DNA of 64,000 bases from the NCBI RefSeq assembly GCF_009914755.1, contig NC_060941.1; one strand, written 5' to 3'. This document shows, piece after piece, positions 1 to 25,969 of this stretch. Each line of letters opens with the position of its first letter. Positions within the stretch are counted from its first letter, which is position 1. The notes beneath the pieces are model-generated. The model was not told where the DNA came from, searched no databases, and was given only the letters and a program-made list of their open reading frames with translations. A program made the position numbers and the translations under genes. Origin of the DNA: the human T2T-CHM13v2.0 reference genome, Homo sapiens.

Positions 1-47
1 TTATTTACTTGTTTATTATTTTTTCTTTTCTTTTCTTTTTTTCTTGA

Positions 48-609
<562 letters not shown>

Positions 610-879
610 TAGTTTTTTATTTGCAGTGTACAATGTTTTCTAGTCCAGTGCTTCACAGGCCTCTGTGAATACAAATTGCCTGCGGATCTTGTTCAAATGC
701 AGATTCTGATTCAGTGGATCTGGGAAACCATCCTCAGTCGGTTCTTGACTATTTAAACAAAAACTGGGAAACCCCTGAGATTCTTCATTTCTGAGCTCCC
801 AGATGATGCCCATACTGCTATTCACCTTTTTTCCCCCACTTTGTAAGGCTTTGCATAGAGAAGTTCCCCTCCTGGCACT

Positions 880-2400
<1,521 letters not shown>

Positions 2401-2496
2401 TTTTTAAATGGCTGGTTGCAGTGGCTCATGCTTGTAATCCCAGCACCTTGGGAGAACGAGACGGGCAGATCACTTGAGGTCAGGAGTTTGAGATCA

Positions 2497-2703
<207 letters not shown>

Positions 2704-4181
2704 TTAAAAAAAAATTTTTAAGAACCACCCAAAAGCTGACTTTTCATTCATTTCCAAACCTGCTTTTGAGGCTGGACTTTTTAATTTCTTCCTTTTTAAA
2801 ATTTTTACCTTAGAGACAGGGTCTCACTGTGGCACCCAGGCTGGGGTGTAATGGGACCATCACAGCTCACTGCAACCTCAAACTCCTGGGCTCAAAAAAG
2901 TAATCCTCCCGGATTAGGCTCCCAAAGTGCTGGGATTACAGGTGCATACCACTATACCTGGCCTTTTGTATTTCTTAGAATTGCATTTTAACATTCATAT
3001 GAGGAGAACACACCCAAGTTTAAAAACAGGCGTTTCCTCTGACCTCAGCTGGCTTAGACAGAAGGTGAAGAAAGGTTATGTTCTGCAGGATCTTTTAAAT
3101 AAATGGTTTTTAAGAGGTGTCAGTTGCCAAAATGCAAATAGGTGGGAAAAAATAAAAAAGGCGTCAGCCGGCTTTTAACTCTTTAAACAAAAACTGTGAA
3201 AGTCTCATAGCCTCAGCCCAGGCATCCCCAGGCAGAAACAAGGACTAGATAAAAGCAGGGAGAGTTGATCATTGACTCAATTAGGCTGAATCAATCTTGT
3301 CATTGAGTTCCCAAGGAAATTCAATTACAGGTCAAGTGTAGGAAGCCCTGTGATTGTGGCTTAAGCAGTAGAAATGCCAGGTAGTCGATAGCAGCCTGGG
3401 GATGGATTTGACTTCAAAGCCCCTGAATCTGTAGTGGGAAGAAAAGGCAGGAGAGTTGTCGAGAGGAAGAGGCTCCTGGAGTTGAAGAACCAACCATCAA
3501 GAGGTTTGCCCCAGGCCAAGGGGGCACTGGACAGACAGGGCACCAGAAATGGCACTGCCACCCCCACCAGCCCAGGTACCCGACCTGACGGTAGTGACTC
3601 ACCAGCCAGAAGGGCTCATGTGTAGAACCTTCAAGACTCAGTAGGAGACTCCAGCACCAGCATCTCCAGCTAAGTTGAATTGTCTGTGTGGCCAGAAACT
3701 GCACTACCAAGGCCAAGGCCAGAGGGTGGGGCAGTAGGCTCTGTAGGGAGAGCAAAAGTCATGGTGGAGGCCAAGAGGCAACTCTCCAGGAATTCCTTTT
3801 CCCTGAGGAACTAAGTCTAAGAGAGTCATGGAAGTAACTGATCCCTCTAGCAGTGACACAAATATTGCAAGAGAGTCTTAGAGTCAAAACCCAGAAGCCA
3901 TAAAAAGACTGATATATTCCACTATGTTAAAAACAGCAAGAAAAAGCTTTTGTATGGCAAAAAAAATTATAACTATATTGTACTGCAGTTTTGTAATATG
4001 TTACCACTGGGGGCACTGGACTAAGGATATATGAGATGGCTCCATATTTTTTTTTAACCACTGTATTTGAATCTATATTTATCTCAAAATAAAATGTTTC
4101 ATTAAACTTTTATATAAAGGCTGGGCGCGGTGGCTCATACCTGTAATCCCAGCAATTCGGGAGGCCGAGGCGGGCGGATCA

Positions 4182-4592
<411 letters not shown>

Positions 4593-5411
4593 TCAGTTCG
4601 AGACCAGCCTGGCCAACATGGTGAAACCCCGTCTCTACTAAAAATGCAAAAATTAGCTGAGTATGGTGGCAGATGCCTGTAATCTCAGCTGCTCAGGGGA
4701 GGCTGAGGCATGAGAATCACTTGAACCCAGGAGGCGAAGGTTGCAGTGAGCCGAGATTGCGCCACTGCACTCCAGCCTGGGGGATAGAGTGAGACTGTGT
4801 CTCAAAAACAAACAAACAAACAAGCAAAAGACCAAGGGCTAATGCTGTAATTTACAAAGAGCTTCTAGAAATTGAGAAGAAAAAGACCACCAATGCAGTT
4901 TAAAAAAAACACACACACACTGCTGGGCACGGTGGCTCACGTCTGTAATCCCAGCACTTTGGGAGGCCGAGGTGGGAGGATCACCTGAGGTCAGGAGTTC
5001 GAGAACAGCCTAGCCAACATGGAGAAACCCCATCTCTACTAAAAATACAAAATTAGCCAGGCGTGGTGGCACATGCCTGTAATCCCAGCTACTCAGGAGG
5101 CTGAGGCAGGAGAATTGCTTGAACCCAGGAAGCAGAGGTTGTGGTGAGCCAAGATTGCACCATTCCACTCCAGCCTGGGCAACCAGAGCAAAACTCCATC
5201 TAAAAAAAAAAAAAAAAAACTACACACACCACCAATCCAAAACAGAAAGAGCAAAGGACATAAAGAGATAGTTTACACACCAAAAATATAAAAAGTCTTT
5301 AAATTCATGAAAAGAAGTTCAACCTTTCTCATAAAACAAATGCAAATTAAAACTATAGTGAGACACCATTTTTTTCTACCAAACAGATTGGTAAAAATCC
5401 CCAAATCCTAA

Positions 5412-5645
<234 letters not shown>

Positions 5646-6204
5646 TAGCCAGGATGGTCTCGATCTCCTGACCTCATGATCCACTTGCCTCGGCCTCCCA
5701 AAGTGCTGGGATTACAGGCGTGAGCCACCACGCCTGGCCTGGTGAAGCTTTAAGGGAACAGAGACTCTTTGCATTTATGCTTTAACCCAGCATATGGGGC
5801 ACATATATAAGATATGTTCATGAAATACCAATCCATGCATAAAAATGAAATGACATAGCACAAGGGTATTAATTGAGACACTGTGATAGCAAAAGAGTGG
5901 AAACAATTCAAGTGTCTAGTAATGGGGACTTACTGAATAATTTATGGTCCAGCCACATAATGGATTAAATATAATATTGGCTATAAGAAAGAAAGAGGAA
6001 GATGTCTATGAACTTATGTAGAAAAGGTTCCTGATTTATTATTGCTAAGTGAAAAAAGCACTTTTCAGAACAGTAAAGCATATGCTGCCACTTAGGGAAG
6101 AAAAAATGGTCAGAATACATCTCTGTAAAAATGTTACCTCAGGTGGAAGGAGAGAGGGGAAAAGTGAAGGAGGCAAGGGTGGAAATGAGGTTTCTCTGTA
6201 ATGC

Positions 6205-6686
6205 TGTTGCTGAAATGTCAGGGGATCAGTTTACTGCACAGAAAGCCAATCACTGAGACAACAAGTATTGCCAGAGAAGAAGGCTATAATCAGGCACTGC
6301 CACCAAGGAGATGGGAGATCAGTCTCAAATCTATCTCCCTGGCTGGCTAAAATTATGGATTTATATAATAGGGAAGAAATGTAACCATGTGTGGGAAAAC
6401 AGGAATTAGGGAGGGGTTAGGAAGGGAAGTTGGTCAACAAGAAGCAGGTGGTCTGTTAGGCAACCATGATGGGTGAGGAGTCTGGCATCTCATTGTCCAG
6501 ATGTCATGATCTGGTAACTTTCAGCTCCTTGATACTATCTGGGAGGCCTGATGGTTGGCTTCCTAAGAAAGGAACTCAGATAAGATAAATGTAACTTTCT
6601 CAAGTTTTATGACTGGGAGGATCATTTTTATGTTTATTCAATGAAACCATAAACATCAGTTCCAAGGGACAGCTGGGCCAGTTTCA
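6205..6686 (-). mobile_element. Solo ERV1-class LTR (LOR1-like)
   Basis: TG...CA termini with a perfect 4-bp TSD ATGC (6201-6204, 6687-6690). Confidence 0.8.
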
Positions 6687-7035
6687 ATGCCTTTTTGTAT
6701 AGTTATGACTCTTAATCCTATAAGTTTATTTCCCACCTTGAAAGAATTCCCAAGACTTAGAGATGCTCCACAGAGAAGGGTAGAATGGAGCTTGTCACCT
6801 GTCCTTTGGGAAGGTAGACATGTGCAGGAACTCAGGGATCCATGCTTGGGATAGTAGAACCTGGCCATATTAGGGAAGGAAGTGACCCTAAAAATTATCC
6901 AGTTTTGGCCAAGTGTGGTGGCTCACGCCAGTAATCCCAGCACTTTGGGATCCACCCAGCTAAGGTGGATGGATCACTTAAGGTCAGGAGTTCCAGACCA
7001 GCTTGGTTAACATGGTGAAACCACATCTCTATTTA

Positions 7036-7242
<207 letters not shown>

Positions 7243-7731
7243 TTACATAGTTGAGGGAAACTAAGATGGGAGTGGAGAATTAATTCCCTTGCCTAAGGAC
7301 TTATAGTGAATAGTGTGAAAATAATCTCTGGAGCCCAGATTTCTTCAATTTCTAAGAAAAGTAGCTCTTCCGAAGTACGTCTTTATTGCTGAAGAGGCAG
7401 CACCATTTGGGTGAGGGAAGTGGTTGCTTTTTGTGATTATAGCCATCCAGAAGCCTCGTACCCTCTGGACAACTGATCACCCTGTAGCCGTGTGGGTTAC
7501 AGGTTCTGCATGAGATTTAGCTCCAGCACCTTGGTCATTTAGGACTCGCGGGGCCAGTGAGGGCCCATAACACCGAGGTGATCCTTCCAGTCCCAGAAAG
7601 GCTGGGGAGGCCTATGAAGCCAGAGAAGACAGTTCATCCCCTGAGGGAAAAGGGGGAAGAGAGCACTCCTCAGGGAAGTAGGGGAAGAAGCAAGACTGGC
7701 AAGGTAACCAAGGGCTACGCATTTTAAATAA

Positions 7732-7860
<129 letters not shown>

Positions 7861-8658
7861 TGAGAAGCTGGAACTACAGGTGTGCACCACCACGCCCAGC
7901 TAATTTTTTGCATTTTGGTACAGATGGGGTTTCACCACGTTGACTTGGATGGTCTGGATCTCCTGATCTTGTGATCCGCCTGCCTTGGCCTCCCAAAGTG
8001 CTAGGATTACAGGCATGAGCCACTGTGCCCGGCCATTAAACCACTCTTAATGGAAATATTTCTAAAAGCCTTCCTTCCAAAGCAGAGCCCACTGAACGTA
8101 ATTTAACTTTCCCAGTGACTCAGTGCCATCATTATAAAAGTTTCCAGGACTGTGGCACAGGCGACAGTCCCCAGGGACTCCTGCAGGAGGAAGGTAAGGC
8201 CTTTGCCCCTCACACTAATAGATTGCTCTTCTTTCTGAGGTCTTGCATTTGCTTTGAGAGCCTGTCTGTCCTCTCTTTCAGCTGCCATCCCTGTGGGCTG
8301 GCAACGCCTGAGTATCACTGAGGATTTCAAGAGTGAGAAAGCCCCTCCTCTGTGTAAAACCTACTGTTCTTTGAGGGTCTTTCTGAGTCTCAAACTCCAC
8401 GGTTGTCTCCATTTCCCTTGATTAGGATTCATTGCTGACCTCACGGCGGGCTCAGAGCAGATGCAAGCCCCATTCATTCAAGACTTCTGTCTCCTACTCT
8501 CCTCCTACTACTTGCCCCCAAGCTCCCCACCATTACACCTGTCTCTTCCCAACTTTTATGCTGTGGCCTCTGGAATCCTGCCCAAGGCAAACAAAGTTCT
8601 CCACATATAGTAAAACATTAATTCTATATTTAGCCAAGTGAAGCATTCACATAGTTAG

Positions 8659-9107
<449 letters not shown>

Positions 9108-9543
9108 TGAATTTTAAATAATAAGCAAGAGCTGCTATTTTTTATTTGTCCATTTTAAAAATGATCTGTAGACTTCCTAACATGACACGGGCAATTTCTT
9201 GTACACATACATGCAAGCAAGCACACGTGTACACAACACAGATTTCCCTCTCCTTTTTCTTCCAGTTTAGTTTTAATTTTCAGGTAAGTCAATATTACAT
9301 GTTTACACGATTTCTACTATCGCGTTTATATATTCAGTAGTTACGTGTTCTGTGGTTGTGTTTCTTTTGTTTTTCATCATTTTTAGTTTCTAGGAGTTAG
9401 TAATTGCTTAGTAATTACTAGGCAATTTGCTCAGTTTGCTTGGTTGTCTATGTACCTATCATTAGTTCTTTCCCACATCCTCCTACAACCTCTCATTATA
9501 ATTTTCCACATGGTAAAACACATCAAATAATAAATTGTATTCT

Positions 9544-10242
<699 letters not shown>

Positions 10243-10529
10243 TTAGGATTTCTTTTCGTCATCGTTGCAGAAATTCCTTTAGCTTCTGGATTGGATCGCC
10301 TGTTTCTTAAATTCGTATCTTCTTCTTTCTTGGTTTAATCTCTGGTTTTGGTAGGGCACATTCTCCACTAGCTACCTGGGAAACAATATTTGTAGGTAAT
10401 TATTAAAAATCATTTTATTGGCCAGATGTGGTGACTCATGCCTGTAATCCCAGCACTTTGGGAAGCCAAGGCAGGCAGATTGCTTGAGTGCAGGGGTTCA
10501 AGACCAGCCTGGGCAACATGGCAAATCCC

Positions 10530-13360
<2,831 letters not shown>

Positions 13361-13537
13361 GTTGTTCTGTTTATGAATATTTTGCCTACCTCCATAATGA
13401 AGAAGCAGTCTCACAATGTAATTTAGGATGGGGGCTTGTGGTGGAGGTGGTGGTATTAGTTCTGCCACTGGAGGAACTGGAGACTCCAGGTATCAGCCTG
13501 ATCTCCAGAAGAGCTGGACACTGAAGGTCAGCCGTGT

Positions 13538-14042
13538 TGTAACTGCCCAGTGGGTTCACCTTGCCCGCTGCCTAGACACAGACAATTTATCAAGACTGGG
13601 AATTGTAATAGAGAAAGAGTAATTCACTCAGAGCCGGCTGTGCAGGAGACCCGAGTTTTATTATTTACTCATATCAGTCTCCCTGCCTTTGGGGATCAGA
13701 GTTTTTAAGGACAATTTGGTGGGTAGGAGGCAGCCAGTGAGTCACGAATGCTGACTAGTTGGGTCAGAGATGAAATCATAGGAAGTGGAAGCTGTCTTAC
13801 GCTGAGTTAGTTCCAGGGCGGGGGCCATAGGATCAGATAAGTCAGTTTATCGATCTAGGTGGTGCCAGCTGATCCATCGAGTGCAGGGTCTGCAAAATAT
13901 CTCAAGCACTGATCTTAGGGTTCACAATAGTGATGTTATTCCCAGGGGCAATTTAGGGAGGGTCAGAATCTTGTGGCCTCCAGTTGCATGACTCCTAAAC
14001 CATGATTTCTAATCTTTTGGCTAATTTGCTAGTCCTACAAAG
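13538..14042 (-). mobile_element. LTR8-like ERV1 LTR, truncated
   Basis: TGTAACTGCCCAGTGGGTTCACCTTGCCC terminus; paralogous to 14920-15886. Confidence 0.8.
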
Positions 14043-17260
<3,218 letters not shown>

Positions 17261-19305
17261 TGAGACCTTGTCTCTACCAAAAACATAAACAAAAAACTCT
17301 TTTAAAACTAACTGGAATATGGTGGCATGCACCCGTAGTCCTATCTACTTGGGAGACTGAGAGGCAGGAGGACGGCTTGAGCGTGGGAAGTTGAGGTTGC
17401 AGTGAGCTGTGATTGTATCGCTGCACTCCAGCCTGGGTGACAGAGTGAGACCATGTCTCAAAAAATAAATAAATAAATAAATAAATAAGTGGAAAGTTTA
17501 GATATAACTGAAGGGAAGGAGAAATAGTAGCTGAGTATAAAGAATGAATGGGTTACAATGAGGGGACATCACATATTACATCAATATTACATTGATGCCT
17601 TGAGAGGGGCTCAGAGCAAGAGATTATATTTTCCCTTAGCTTAATCATACAGGATGGGCCAGGTGCGGTGGCTCATGCCTGTAATCCCAGCATTTTGGGA
17701 GGCCAAGGCAGGTGGATCACCTGAGGTCAGGAGTTCGAGATCAGCCTGGCCAACATGGTGAAACCCCGTCTCTACTAAAAATACAAAAATTAGACGGGTG
17801 TGGTGGCGGCGGGTGCCTGTAATCCCAGCTACTCGGGAGGCTGAGGCAGGAGAATCAAAACTCCATCTCAAAAAAAAAAGAAATTATACAGGATGTCTGA
17901 AAGGGTGAAGCCATCTAATGCCAAGATCACTCCTGCTTTTGAAACCTGACAAAGCCAAAAGGAAGTCTGCAAGCCCTAGTGGCATCGCTCTGGGAGACAT
18001 TCTGGTCATATGCTATGATTACTCCAGATGGACGGGACTCCCTGTTAATGTCTAAGACTCTGGTAATATGCCATTATCTTTTGACTATTATTTTTCAGGT
18101 TATATCTACAGCCATATTGTGATATAGCGTTAACACTCACCTTGTTGCTAAGATTCAACTATCTTACATAAACAGGTCATGTGATAATACTGATATTGAT
18201 GATCAAATGTATTGGGAAAATGGCCCTAAGGAAGAACTGGATTTAACTAACCAAAGCTAATTTCTATGCTACCATGCTCTGAGAAGCCCAAGCCATGGAA
18301 TCACTACATAGAGAAGTACAGAGGTCCTCAACTCACAGCCCTCACCAACTTGCTGGAGGATAGCAACACCAGCTACCAGCCCCATACCCCGGCCAGCATC
18401 AAGTGGAGCAGGGCCGCCTGGTGAAGCCACTGGGTCCACAGAATCATGAAGTTACAACTGGCATTGCTTCAAGCCATGCAACATTGGGGAGTATTTTATT
18501 TCCTACCAGTAAATAGACAAAACACCTGATATTTCCAATCCCTCAGGCTTCCCGGATTCTGCTGGTTTTTGATGTCCACCCCCACCCGCCAGCGCTTGGA
18601 TTTGAGCTCCCTCTGCTCTGCCAAGTCAGTCATCACTCTCCACTCTCCCCCTGCTTTCCAGAATGCTGAGTTCTCCTGTCTGTGCTCATTTCCTCCCCCG
18701 CTCTTCTTGTCCTTGTGGGTTTATGCCTTTTTTATCCCTTTATTGTAATTTTAGTGGGGTTTGGGGAGGGTGAAGAGATAAATAGATCTGCTTAATCCGT
18801 CCTGTTTAATTCAGTTTCTCCTGCATTCTTAACATCCTATTCACAGGATTCTCCCTCCACCTCCTTCTTTACTCAAGATCTGGCTCTGCTCACAGGCTCC
18901 TCCCAGACGCCACACACCCCAGAGTTGAGAGGTTTGGGGTCAGTGTCCTCATTCCCAGTGGTTCCTTGAGGGCCATGCCACTCACCTCTTCCACCCCGCC
19001 CCCATCCCTGGTGAATGCCATCATTCACTGAGCAGTGGGCACACCCTCTTCTCCATCAGCTCCCAGTCTTCTCATTCTGGTGACTTCACCATCCCCAAGA
19101 TCGATCCAGCCATCAGCTTGGCCTCTGAGCGCCCCGAACTCCTCGTGTCACATGCTTCTCCTCTACCTCCTTCAGCCATGACGTCACAGGACCAAACCCC
19201 CACTGTGTCATCTCCCAGAGCTGCCTCCCCTCTGAAGTCACTAATTCAGGCTGCCTACCCAGCACAACGGCCAGCTAAGAGGTCCCTTCTCCTGTGTGGA
19301 GCTGA

Positions 19306-19574
<269 letters not shown>

Positions 19575-19714
19575 TAATTTTTAGTAGAGATGGGGTTTCA
19601 CCATGTTGTCCAGGCTGAACTCAAACTCCCGACCTCAGATGATCTGCCCACCTCAGTCTCCCAAAGCGCGGAGATTACAGGTGTGAGCCTCCACACCCGG
19701 CCTCCTTCTCTGTA

Positions 19715-20215
19715 TGTTTTCTGAGGGCAGCACCAGCACCCATTCACCCACTTCCAGCAGCAGAGCCTGATTTTGCCTCTAGACCTCTCCCTGTCCCCCT
19801 CAGTCCTTGTCATCTAGGTTAAACTGGCTACACCCTCAGCCTGGTGTGAGCCAGGCCCTGCCAATCCATCACCTTGCCTGGTGACTGAGATGGACTCGGG
19901 AGTGGACATCCGACCAAAGGCAGGCCAGTTAGTCAAGAGACTCTTGGATTTTTGTGGAAGCCATTAGGTAAGTGGGGTCTTTGCTGGTTGGATTTAAGTC
20001 TGGGAGGATGAAGGACAGCACTGTTGCAGCCGTTTTGCCACAATGAGGGGAGGGCCTTTGGGAGGATAAAGCCCAGCATAGAAGAGAGCAAAGCCTGAGG
20101 CCTGCGGCATCTATGCCTGAATCCAGCTGTGCCTGAAGGTAGCGCTGTAGCTCAGGTTTCCAGTTACAAGAACCCATTCAACCTTTCTGCCTTAGCCTGG
20201 TTAGTATTGTGGTCC
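19715..20215 (+). mobile_element. MaLR LTR (MLT1J/K-like)
   Basis: Consensus-like motifs (ccattcacccacttcc...ctgattttg, ccagctgtgcctgaag, cagttacaagaaccc); continuous across 19801. Confidence 0.55.
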
Positions 20216-20291
20216 CACTGAACGTACCATTCAGGAGAATCACGTTTAAAAGTGGCACAAGACAAAGACATGAATCTGAATACCTTCAGAC
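19801..20291 (+). repeat. Inverted duplication, left (donor) arm
   Basis: Reverse complement of 22962-23779 minus its Alu; near-identical ORFs 19929..20177(-) and 23076..23348(+). Confidence 0.97.
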
Positions 20292-21299
20292 ATAGTCTAC
20301 AGCTCCCCCTGGTGGAAAACATTGTTTTTTAGAGTCCAGCTACTAGGCCTTAATTTTTATCCACCACGTGTCCCAATAGTCTGTATATATCTAGGTCAAT
20401 TTAGAACATCTTTTCTAGTTCAAAAAGCATGTAATTGCTGCTATTTATAATCCTGATCACAGCCCATTCCGGTAATACTTTGTAATTCAGAACTATAATC
20501 CCCAACGAAACATGTCCCAGAATCAAGCAGTGAATGTAGAATGTGCTAGATCATTAGGACTCTTTTTTTTTTCTTTTTGAGATAGGGTCTCGCTCTATTG
20601 CTCAGGCTGGAGTGCAGTGGTGTGATCAGGTTCACTGCCGTCTCGACCTCCTGGGTTCAATGATCCTCCCGCCTTGGCTTCCCAAAATGCTGGTGATTAC
20701 AGGCAGGAACCACTGTGCCCAGCCAGGAATCAATGTTTATAATTATCAAAAAAGAGACAAGAAGAAAGGAGGAAACACAAAACCATAATGCGGAAGAATG
20801 TTAAAATCCGGTCAAGTATAACTTCATTGATTTCTGGTTTCAAGGATTGTACCCCACAATTGTCTCTTTTCTCCCCACACGTCATGGAAATGATCAGAAA
20901 GAAGTAATTGTATGACAGTTTAAAAAATGAACTGTTCCGACCTGGAGCGGTGGCTCACGCCTGTAATCCCAGCACTTTGGGAGGCCGAGGTGGGTGATCA
21001 CCTGAGGTCAGGAGTTCGAGACCAGCCTGACCAACATGGTGAAACCTCGTCTCTACTGAAAAAAAAAAATGCAAAATTAGCCGGGCATGCTAGCGCATGG
21101 CGGAGGTTGCAGTGAGCCGAAATCGCGCTATTGCACTCGAGCATGGGTAACAAGAGCGAAACTCGGTCTCGGAAAAAAAAAAATCTGTTCCAGCAAATGA
21201 TAAAGCTGGAGAGAATGTTACTAACAGAACTGAAAATCTGAGGAATTTGAGGAAATGTGTTCTTCGCTGAGAGCAAAGTCACGCAGTGCTGAGCTGAGC

Positions 21300-22408
<1,109 letters not shown>

Positions 22409-22806
22409 TTAATACCCTCAATAACATTAATGCCAGAATCTTGCATTCACAATAAAAAACTTGGTGTCCAAAATGTGGTACATCCATGCAATGGAGTATT
22501 ATTCAGCCTCTAACAGGAATGAAATTCTTACACATGCTATAATGTGGGTGGACCCTGAAAACATTACCCTGAGTGAAATAAGCCAAATACGGAAGGACAA
22601 ATCCTGTATGATTCCACCTCTACGAGGTACTTAGAATAGGTAAATTCATACAGGAGAAAGTAGACTAGAGGGGCCGTCGTTGTTTAATGGGTACAGAGCT
22701 TTTGTTGGAGATGGTGAAGAGTTTCAGGTGTAGTGGTGATGGTTACACAAAAATTTTGGCTGTACTTAATGCCACTAAACTGTACACTTAAAAATGGCTA
22801 AAATGA

Positions 22807-22961
22807 GGCCGGGCGCGGTGGCTCACGGCTGTAATCCGAGCACTCTGGGAGGCCGAGGCGGGTGGATCACCTGAGGTCAGGAGTTCGAGACCAGCCTGGC
22901 CAATATGGAGAAACCCCGTCTCTACTAAAAATACAAAAATTAGCACGTGCCTGTAATCCCA

Positions 22962-22962
<1 letters not shown>
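22807..22962 (+). mobile_element. 3'-truncated AluS (ends at CTGTAATCCCAG)
   Basis: Left arm plus start of right arm, then abrupt junction to the inverted-duplication arm. Confidence 0.9.
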
Positions 22963-23779
<817 letters not shown>

Positions 23780-23949
23780 TAGCTGGGACTACAGGTGCAG
23801 GCCACCACGCCCGGCTAATTTTTTGTATTTTAGTAGAAATGGGATTTCACCATGTTGGCCAGGATGGTCTCGATCTCCTGACCTTGTGATCCACCCACTT
23901 CGGCCTCCCAAAGTGCTGGGATTACAGGCATGAGCCACTGCACCCAGCC
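23780..23949 (-). mobile_element. 3'-truncated AluSc-like (ends at CCTGTAGTCCCAGCTA)
   Basis: Minus-strand Alu starting abruptly at the other end of the duplication arm. Confidence 0.9.
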
Positions 23950-24366
23950 TGTTGTGGCCATCTTTAGAAAATACAATACGCCACAGCCTGCCCTCTGACC
24001 ACAACTCACATTCCAACCACATGAAAACACAAGGCTCTTCCCATTATGGCATCAACTCAAGGTCTAGCACTTCTGCATCCAAGTTGGGTCCAGAGGCAGC
24101 TGAGTCTCCACAGGTGATTCACCAACTTTCTGCAGCTCTCAGGGTACCTGTTCTGGATTAAAAATGAGATCATCCCAGCTCTGTGGGGTGGTCAAGAGCT
24201 TCCCTGGAATGTGGCATCGTAACATTCCACTAGCACTCCCTGAGCACCTTACATGCCCAGCTCCACTGTGTGGACCCATGGAAAACCTGGATGAACAGGA
24301 AAGACCCAGAATTTGCCAATGCAAGCTTTGGTGTAGGCTGTCCTCTGTGACTGTCACTGGTTCCAC

Positions 24367-24694
24367 TGATGCAGGGCAGGTGAGCCCCAAAATTGAGGCT
24401 TAGCCAGGGAGGGTTCTTGGCTTCACCCAAGAAAGAATTCAAGGGCAAGCTGGTGGCAAGGGGTGGATATGCAACAATTTCTAGAAAAAGGTTGGTAACT
24501 TCTGGGTTGTTGAGTTGTTGCCATGGAAAGGGGTAGTAACTTCTGGGTGTTGCCATGGCAATGGTAAACTGACATGGCACTGGTGGGCGTGTCTTATGGA
24601 GTGGTGTTCTCACCTCTTCCGTGTTTCAGCTAGTCTTCAATCTGGTCCAGAGTCCAAGCCCCACCTCTGGAGTCAAGTCCTGCCTCCTATATCA
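24367..24694 (-). mobile_element. ERV1-class solo LTR (MER50-like), internally deleted
   Basis: TG...CA ends; flanks CCAC/CTGC are consistent with a CpG-decayed CCGC TSD. Confidence 0.6.
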
Positions 24695-25208
24695 CTGCTA
24701 CTTGGATGTCATCCCCAATCGTGGAACCTTCTTCAGGTTCCTTAACTTTACTACATTCAACTGTAAAATCTCATAGCTACATTCCATGGTGACTTCAGGT
24801 TTTTGAACATATGCTGATAAATACTTATTTGGAGGGATCACACAGTGGTCCTGTCAGCCAGCCTCACTTTCCATTGTGGTTACATCCTCATCTGTAGAGC
24901 AAGGCTTCTTACCATTTTTTTGGAATATTTATCTTATGAGAAATGGGAATACTGAAAGCATAACTATTAAGACTTCATATAATTGAGACAAATAGAAAAG
25001 ATTTACCTACAACAGGGTGTTCACTGGCTTTAAGCTAAAGGACCTGGCAGACTGCGTTCTAGTTGTTAAGGAAAGAAACAAAATACACAAAATCCTGGGA
25101 ATGCATCATTGGAAGTTGAGCCTAAAATGTACTGTATTATTGGGGACTTTATATTAAATACATTTGATGACAGATTTACCCTCTTTGGGAAGAGAACCTT
25201 CCTGATAG

Positions 25209-25461
<253 letters not shown>

Positions 25462-25609
25462 TAGCCAAGATGGTCTCGATCTCTTCACCTCGTGATCCGC
25501 CCGCCTCGGCCTCTCAAAGTGCTGGGATTATAGGCAACAGCCTCCCCGCCCGGCCGAGCCTGCGTTTTTAGGTGTACCATGCAGCATACACGAAAGGGAT
25601 GAAAGACCC

Positions 25610-25965
25610 GCGTATCCATTGGCCCTGACTGCTGTGACGGATTACCACAAACTTGGTGGCTGAAACAACACACGTTTACTCTCTTACAGTTCTGGAAGTC
25701 AGAAGTCCGAATTCAGTTTCACTGGGCCCAAATCCGGTTGTTGGCGGGGCCTTGCTGTCTCTGCAGAATCCATTTCCCATCCATTTCCCGGAGTCACATT
25801 TCTTGCGTCCCTTGGCTCCTGTCCTCCAGCAGCGCAGCATCCTGCTTCAGTGTTGCTTTGCTTTGTGTGTCGAATCTCCCTCTTATAAGGACGCTTGTGA
25901 TTACATTGAGGGCCCACCCAGATAATCCAGGATAATCTTTCCATCTCAAGATCCTTACATTCAAA
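25610..25965 (-). mobile_element. MaLR LTR (MLT1C/D-like)
   Basis: ttaccacaaacttggtggct...ctcttacagttctgga...gggcccacccagataatccaggataatc. Confidence 0.7.
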
Positions 25966-25969
25966 TGGC

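Noticed and set aside
19929-20177. 82/90-aa ORF present twice (also 23076..23348)
   Set aside because: Antisense reading of an MLT1 LTR; the identity reflects the inverted duplication, not coding constraint
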